This document shows, in pieces, positions 58,777-64,000 of a DNA stretch of 64,000 nucleotides. The notes under the pieces are model-generated. The model saw only the letters and a list, made by a program, of their open reading frames with translations, had not been told where the DNA came from and made no database searches. Source of the DNA: an uncultured Anaerolineales bacterium (GTDB taxonomy: Bacteria > Chloroflexota > Anaerolineae > Anaerolineales > UBA11858); the NCBI GenBank assembly GCA_964603385.1, contig CAZRUS010000006.1, forward strand, positions 33,540-97,539. The letters are read 5' to 3'. The translations under genes and the position numbers were made by a program. The number at the start of each line of letters is the position of its first letter. The stretch's first letter is position 1.

Positions 58777-59628
58777 TTAGACAGGCCCTCCAAAGGTGCC
58801 GATCCCGTAGGCGAACAGGAGCACAAAAGCGGCGATAAAAAATATTCCAAAGAACGCCATCAGAGCGTAATCCTGCCAGCCCAGCACGGATTCGTGCAGA
58901 TAGGTCCGATCTGCGCTGCCCGAAAAGGCTTTCGACTGCAGCACGACTTCCAGCTGCTGGGATTTCACCAGCGCACCCAGGATCAGCGGCACGGCTACTT
59001 TGGCATAGACCCGGACCCGCTTGATCGGCCCCATTTTTTCCATCGCCAGACCACGCAGACGCTGGGCTTCGATGATCATATTGAACTCCTGGATCAGCAG
59101 CGGAAAAAAGCGCAGCGTGGAGCTGAAAATGAAAGCGATCTTATAGGGGATTCTGGCTTTGACCATGCCGACGATCATGTTGTTCACCTCGGTAGTAAAC
59201 ACACCCAGCGGGATGATCAGCGTCAGGGTCAGGGTCTTAAAGATGACATTAAAGCCGTAGGTAAGCCCTTCCACCGTTGCGGAGCCGCCGCCAATTAACC
59301 ACCAATTTTCCGGGAAGGTAAACAGCGGTGTCAGGGTATTCGTATCCAGCAGCGCCATCACTTGATCCCGGTTAAAAAAGGCATGGGTGAGCAGCAGCAG
59401 CAGGTAAAACGGCAGCAGAATGAGCAGAATCGTACGAATGTAATTCCACTTCACGCCGACCAGCAGGCAGGCGGCGATAATAATCAGGGCCATGACAAAC
59501 TGCAACAGCGGTGATTCCCAGGCAAAGGCCACCACAGTTACGGTGGCCATCATGAACAGCTTGGGCCGGAAATCCAGCCGGGAAAAGAAAGAATCCCGCT
59601 CAACGGTTTGAAACTTCATCATACTCAT
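58777..59628 (-). CDS. ECF transporter transmembrane (T) component, CbiQ family
   Basis: 283 aa polytopic protein. Coupling-helix region ARIPYKIAFIFSSTLRFFP...EAQRLRG. ATGA overlap with the ATPase gene. Confidence 0.75.
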   Translation of the reverse strand: MSMMKFQTVERDSFFSRLDFRPKLFMMATVTVVAFAWESPLLQFVMALIIIAACLLVGVKWNYIRTILLILLPFYLLLLLTHAFFNRDQVMALLDTNTLTPLFTFPENWWLIGGGSATVEGLTYGFNVIFKTLTLTLIIPLGVFTTEVNNMIVGMVKARIPYKIAFIFSSTLRFFPLLIQEFNMIIEAQRLRGLAMEKMGPIKRVRVYAKVAVPLILGALVKSQQLEVVLQSKAFSGSADRTYLHESVLGWQDYALMAFFGIFFIAAFVLLFAYGIGTFGGPV

Positions 59629-61355
59629 CGCGGTACCCTCACATCTTTAGCATAGTAGTCGGCAATCTCTGCAGGGGTCAGCAGGGGGGGAAAGTCCCCG
59701 CTTAAGGACTGCATCTTCTGCGACAGGTGTACAGCCTGGGGCGGAGTCAGATAAGTGCTCTGAAGGATATCGGTAGAATGGTAGGCGGTGCGAATATCCT
59801 CATCAAGCAGGATGGTGCCTTTCCCCATAACAATCACCCGCTCGGCATAATCCGGCATCAGGTAGAGGTGGTGGGTGATAACAATCACCGTCTTCCCCAT
59901 TTGATGCAGTTTGCGGCTGATCTCCAGGATGTAGCTGGCACCCAGATAATCCTGGCCCGTGGTGGGTTCATCAAAAATAATGATCTCTGGTTTCATGGCC
60001 AGGATTGCTCCGATGACCACCCGGGCCCGGTCGCCTTTTGGCAGAGCCAGGGGATGTTCATCACGCACATCCATCAGACCCATCGCTTCCAGGCTCTCCA
60101 CGGTTCTGGTCTCAACTTCCTCCTCGCTGTAATCCAGATTGCGGAGGGCAAACCCAATTTCATCCCCGACCGAGGTGCTGAAAATCTGGTTGTCGGGATT
60201 TTGAGCCACATACCCGATCCGCCGGGCTAATTCACTGACAGAAAGGTCAGTCGTGCTGGTGCCGCCAATCCGGACCAATCCTTCCGTAGGTTCGAGCAGC
60301 TTCAGGAAATGCTTCACCAGGGTGCTTTTTCCGGCCCCGTTCTGACCGATGATCAGCACATACTCCCCTTCTTTGATCTCCAGGGAAACACCGCCGAGCG
60401 CCTTGGTGCCGTCCGGATATATATGGGAGAGATTTTCCACAGCGATCAATGGCTCGCCCAGCTTTTCTTCCTCCTCCGGAATGGCAAAATCCGGATTGGA
60501 AGCTTCTTTGGCCAGGTCCGGCAGGAATTCTTCCGCGTCTTTCATCCGAACAGGGATTTCTGGAACCTCGACACCCTGCTGCTGGATGGAGTAAAAGGTG
60601 CGGGCAACCTGGGGTGGACGAAGAGAATTTTCCTCCAGCAGCTCAATCTGGGAATAGATCTCATCCGGTGTTCCAACGGCCATGATCTTCCCATGGGAAA
60701 GCATGACAATGCGGGAGGCATAGGTGGCCACCTCTTCGGCGGAATGACTGGCCATCACAATCGTCATTCCCAGCTCCTGATTGAGCTCATAAGCGGTCTG
60801 AAAGACTTCCTCCCCGCCAATGGGGTCCAGCTGGGAGGTGGGCTCATCGAGCACAAGCAGGTCAGGCTGAACCGCCATGGCGGCAGCAATCGCCAAACGC
60901 TGCTTCTGACCGCCGGACAATTCGTGGGGGTGTTTCAACTCCGAACCCTCTAATCGAACCGCTTCCAGCACCTGCGGAATGCGGCGAATGATTTCGTCCC
61001 GGGGGACCTTGAGGTTCTCGAGGGCAAAGGCAATTTCATTTTCCACCGAAGTGGAAATCAACTGCGTCTCAGGATCTTCGAATACCTGACCGACGTGATT
61101 GGCCATTACGCTGATGGGATGCTCCAGGGTATCCATCCCTGCGGTGGTGATCCTGCCAAAAAAACGACCGCCATAAAATTGGGGAACAATGCCGTTTAGT
61201 GCGTTGCACAGGGTGGTTTTTCCGGCCCCGGTGGGGCCGATGATGCCGAGAAATTCACCCCGATGGATCTCCAAACAGATCTCACAGAGAACAAATTCCC
61301 TGGAACGGGGGTATTTATAAGAAACATCTTCCAGTGTGGAAATAATTTCTGCCAT
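59625..61355 (-). CDS. ECF transporter fused tandem ATPase (EcfA-EcfA', YkoD-like)
   Basis: 576 aa with two ABC cassettes: Walker A GPTGAGKTT and GQNGAGKST, signature LSGGQKQR, and Walker B LLVLDEPT/IIIFDEPT. Confidence 0.9.
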   Translation of the reverse strand: MAEIISTLEDVSYKYPRSREFVLCEICLEIHRGEFLGIIGPTGAGKTTLCNALNGIVPQFYGGRFFGRITTAGMDTLEHPISVMANHVGQVFEDPETQLISTSVENEIAFALENLKVPRDEIIRRIPQVLEAVRLEGSELKHPHELSGGQKQRLAIAAAMAVQPDLLVLDEPTSQLDPIGGEEVFQTAYELNQELGMTIVMASHSAEEVATYASRIVMLSHGKIMAVGTPDEIYSQIELLEENSLRPPQVARTFYSIQQQGVEVPEIPVRMKDAEEFLPDLAKEASNPDFAIPEEEEKLGEPLIAVENLSHIYPDGTKALGGVSLEIKEGEYVLIIGQNGAGKSTLVKHFLKLLEPTEGLVRIGGTSTTDLSVSELARRIGYVAQNPDNQIFSTSVGDEIGFALRNLDYSEEEVETRTVESLEAMGLMDVRDEHPLALPKGDRARVVIGAILAMKPEIIIFDEPTTGQDYLGASYILEISRKLHQMGKTVIVITHHLYLMPDYAERVIVMGKGTILLDEDIRTAYHSTDILQSTYLTPPQAVHLSQKMQSLSGDFPPLLTPAEIADYYAKDVRVPR

Positions 61356-61377
61356 AGCTGTCCCTTCTTGGGGGCAG

Positions 61378-61405
61378 CCAGAGGGCAGATTGCTCTGCCC
61401 TCTGG
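61378..61405 (-). other. intercistronic perfect hairpin between the S-component and ATPase genes
   Basis: 12-bp stem ccagagggcaga (61378-61389) / tctgccctctgg (61394-61405) with a 4-nt loop. No U-tract on the coding (minus) strand. Confidence 0.5.
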
Positions 61406-61418
61406 TTTGCCAGATTGT

Positions 61419-62204
61419 TTAGTAAATGGCGTGCTCAGGTTTGACCAGCCCGATCGCCCGCAAACCGGCAATGACACCACCGCCGATAACTACACCGACA
61501 GCAGCGCGCATCACGTTCTCAAAGGGGATCAACGGGATCAACATGGTCCAGATCTCCTCAGGCCAGTTGAACATGTGGTAGGTGATTGCCGACTGGCAGA
61601 CATGGGCGAGCCCAAAGACTGTCCAGGTGCCCAGCGCCAGGCCGGCGACGACCAGACCCACCTGTTTGCTGTGGATCCATTTGGCGAACAGTGTCCGGGT
61701 GGGGAGAGCAAAGAGGATCAGCGCCGACCAATCCAGGAAGGACCCGGCGATAACCGGCCACAGCCCAACACCGTTCAGGAAGAGTGCCCGGCCGGTGAAG
61801 TATAAAAATGAAACCAGGGCATAGATCCAAACCGGCAGCCACCAGCTCTTGCGCTCCTCACCGATGACCATGGTTCCGGCTGCAAAGGAAGCCACCACGG
61901 CCCCCAGAATGGTCACTACAGGAACACCGGCGGTATGCGGTGCCAGAAAGACAGCGATCAGAGCACCGATTCCGGATGAGACAGCACCAGCGATTGGTCC
62001 CAGCACCCAGCCGACCAGGCCGAGGATGCCCTGAGACATCGGGAAGCTGCCGCCCGAAGCCAGAACGACGGACATCGGGAAAAAGGAGAGAGCCACGACC
62101 ACAGCAGCCAGGACGACGATGTAAGCTACGGGCGCGCCGTCAATCGCTGCGCCGCCTAAAAATTCAACCTGCCGCTCTTCCCCACGGGGTGTTTCTTCAG
62201 ACAT
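61419..62204 (-). CDS. polytopic membrane protein, candidate substrate-capture (S) component of the ECF transporter
   Basis: 261 aa with about 7 hydrophobic helices. It occupies the position of ykoE in an S-AA'-T (ykoEDC-like) order. GGAGG RBS. No match to an S-component family I can name. Confidence 0.5.
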   Translation of the reverse strand: MSEETPRGEERQVEFLGGAAIDGAPVAYIVVLAAVVVALSFFPMSVVLASGGSFPMSQGILGLVGWVLGPIAGAVSSGIGALIAVFLAPHTAGVPVVTILGAVVASFAAGTMVIGEERKSWWLPVWIYALVSFLYFTGRALFLNGVGLWPVIAGSFLDWSALILFALPTRTLFAKWIHSKQVGLVVAGLALGTWTVFGLAHVCQSAITYHMFNWPEEIWTMLIPLIPFENVMRAAVGVVIGGGVIAGLRAIGLVKPEHAIY

Positions 62205-62361
62205 AGTTTTCCTCCATTAGAAAAATTAATTGATGATTAACTACCTGTACCGTAGAATCCTCAGTTAAATCATTTTCCAGGCACCTCCATTCCGGGGGCA
62301 GCACCGCCCCGAAGACCCCACCAGAAATCACCGGCGATGGGTTCACTGCCGGTAGCGGGGC

Positions 62362-63339
62362 TTATGAAATTAAAAATCGGACAGCCTCCAGGATGCTCTC
62401 CACATCGGGAAGCACATCCTTTTCCAACACGGGACTGTACGGTAACGGTACGTTTTTGGCGCCAATTCTCATAATCGGGCCATCCAGATATTCAATGCCC
62501 TCCTCAGCGATCACCGCAGCGATTTCCGCTCCCGGTCCGGAGCGCCGATGGGCCTCCGCAGCCACCACCAGCCGGCTGGTTTTCCGCACCGAGGACAGCA
62601 AAGTCTCCTTATCAAGAGGAACCAGGGTGCGGGGATCGACCACTTCCATGCTGATTCCTTCCTTTTCCAGCACATCGGCCGCCTCCAGTGCTTTTCCGAC
62701 CATGCTGTTGACAGCAATCACCGTGACATCCCTGCCCGCCCGAACGACGGCTGCCTGGCCGAAAGGCACCTGGAAATCTTCCTCCTCCGGCACCGGTCCG
62801 CTCACCCCGTAGAGCATTTTATGCTCGAAGAACAGCACGGGGTCATTCCCCCGCAGGGCTGTTTTCAGGAGCCCTTTGGCATCGGCCGGGGTGGACGGTA
62901 CGGCAATTTTCAAACCAGGAACGTTCATGAACCAGGATTCCGGGCTCTGGGAATGCTGGGCGCCGGCAGAACCCGGTGCCCCGGTGGTCACCCGGATGGT
63001 CAGAGGCACATTGGCTTTCCCACCGCTCATAAAGCGGGCTTTGGCCACCTGATTGACGATCTGGTCCCCGGCGCACATCAAAAAGTCGCCAAACATGATC
63101 TCCACAATGGGACGCATACCGACCATGGCAGCGCCCAATCCGGCCCCGACGATAGCGGCCTCGCTGATCGGGGTATCCAGAATTCTCTCCTCCCCGAATT
63201 CCTCCAGCATCCCGGCAGAGACCCCCCAGACCCCACCAAAGGTGGCGACGTCCTCCCCCATCAAGAAAACCTCCGGGTTGGAGCGCATTTCTTCAGACAT
63301 CGCTTCTCGAATCGCTTCTGAATAAGTAATTTCCTTCAT
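62362..63339 (-). CDS. 2-oxoacid/acetoin dehydrogenase E1 beta subunit
   Basis: 325 aa. Transketolase-like pyrimidine-binding and C-terminal domains (EEFGEERILDTPISEA, GGKANVPLTIR). Confidence 0.9.
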   Translation of the reverse strand: MKEITYSEAIREAMSEEMRSNPEVFLMGEDVATFGGVWGVSAGMLEEFGEERILDTPISEAAIVGAGLGAAMVGMRPIVEIMFGDFLMCAGDQIVNQVAKARFMSGGKANVPLTIRVTTGAPGSAGAQHSQSPESWFMNVPGLKIAVPSTPADAKGLLKTALRGNDPVLFFEHKMLYGVSGPVPEEEDFQVPFGQAAVVRAGRDVTVIAVNSMVGKALEAADVLEKEGISMEVVDPRTLVPLDKETLLSSVRKTSRLVVAAEAHRRSGPGAEIAAVIAEEGIEYLDGPIMRIGAKNVPLPYSPVLEKDVLPDVESILEAVRFLIS

Positions 63340-63348
63340 GATTTCACC

Positions 63349-64000
63349 TTAAAACACCAACTGGTTGTGAGTATCGTCGTACACCCCCTGCAGGGCTTCT
63401 TCTTTGGTTGGCTGGGGAGCAGCGGCAGCAAATTCCACCGCTTCATCCAGCTCCTGCTGCAGTTCTTGGTCAATTTCATTCAAGTCCGATTCGGGAACCA
63501 GGTCTTCCTTGAGCAGGTAGGCCCGGAAAGTATCAATGGCATCGCGTTCTTTCCATTCTTCCAGCTCGCCCTCCGGTCGGTAGACCATGGGATCTCCTTC
63601 ATAGTGCCCGCGGTAGCGGTAAGTCTTGGCCTCAATCAAGGTGGGGCCTTTGCCGTCCAGAGCCCGCTTGCGGGCTTTGACGGCTGCTTCATAGACGGCC
63701 AGGACATCATTTCCGTCCACGCTGACGCCGGGGAACCCGTAGCTCTCGGCGCGGAGAGCCAGATCCTGAATGGGAGCCTGCTTGTGCTGTGGGGTGCCTT
63801 CCCCGTAGAGGTTGTTCTCGCAAAAGAAGATCACCGGCAGCTCCCAGAGACCGGCCATGTTAGCTGATTCGTGAAAAGTTCCCTGGTTGATGGCCCCATC
63901 GCCGAAGAAGGTCAGTGAGACGCGCTCTTCCTTCCTCATTTTGAAGGCCAGGCCTGCCCCCACCGCGGCCGGAAAGCCGCCGCCGACAATCCCGTTAGCG
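63349..64000 (-). CDS. 2-oxoacid/acetoin dehydrogenase E1 alpha subunit (TPP-binding), 5' end outside window
   Basis: The frame stays open to the window edge. TPP motif region FFGDGAINQGTFHESANMA...FFCENNLYG. Confidence 0.85.
   Translation of the reverse strand, partial: ANGIVGGGFPAAVGAGLAFKMRKEERVSLTFFGDGAINQGTFHESANMAGLWELPVIFFCENNLYGEGTPQHKQAPIQDLALRAESYGFPGVSVDGNDVLAVYEAAVKARKRALDGKGPTLIEAKTYRYRGHYEGDPMVYRPEGELEEWKERDAIDTFRAYLLKEDLVPESDLNEIDQELQQELDEAVEFAAAAPQPTKEEALQGVYDDTHNQLVF

Noticed and set aside
62205-62361. TPP (THI-box), purine, THF or cobalamin riboswitch upstream of the ECF S-component.
   Set aside because: It contains CUGAGG and UUCUAC fragments. However, it lacks the ACCUGAUCUGG...GCCAGCG arm of THI-boxes, the purine three-way junction, the B12 box and any THF-like core. 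It is kept only as an unclassified structured leader.

Overview
GC-rich bacterial chromosomal segment with about 60 protein-coding genes. Thr/Pro-rich linkers, a sortase and the general protein flavour suggest a Chloroflexota/Anaerolineae-like organism, but that is only an inference. I found no rRNA, bona fide tRNA, CRISPR array, transposase, integrase, phage or recognisable defence genes. Layout: (i) 1-20 kb is mostly housekeeping: parvulin PPIase, UDG, Endo IV-like, the dgkA-ybeY-7TM-HD block, YqeY, HIT, mtaB, a TPR protein, etfBA, a class V aminotransferase, GNAT, OsmC, DUF309, a cNMP/TPR protein, and a sortase with a candidate substrate. (ii) 19.2-34.2 kb is one long minus-strand array: a CUT1 sugar-type ABC importer, a cytoplasmic metallophosphoesterase/5'-nucleotidase, a COG0402 amidohydrolase, a TGX3RXG (pteridine-reductase-like) SDR, an FGGY kinase, a 2-hydroxyacid dehydrogenase, a DhnA/LsrF-type aldolase, an SDR, an XRE-cupin regulator, an MFS transporter and an aminotransferase. 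(iii) 34.7-43.2 kb is a divergently transcribed plus-strand operon that alternates three URO-D-like proteins with a GH38 mannosidase (carrying an in-frame TAG), a dehydrogenase and a GH1 beta-glucosidase. (iv) 43.2-64 kb is a second long minus-strand array: E1alpha/beta, an ECF transporter (S, fused AA, T), a Hyi-like TIM barrel, a MeTr/AcsE-like pterin-binding protein, E2, a YgeW-like carbamoyltransferase, a second TGX3RXG SDR, a 2Fe-2S plus Mo hydroxylase, a second COG0402 amidohydrolase, a URO-D-like protein, a MoaD/ThiS-like protein, AOR, ubiX, xylA and xylB. The most interesting content is these unassigned catabolic arrays, which share a recurring N-heterocycle/pterin-handling signature. 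All family calls rest on motif recognition and memory of reference sequences; no database search was possible.
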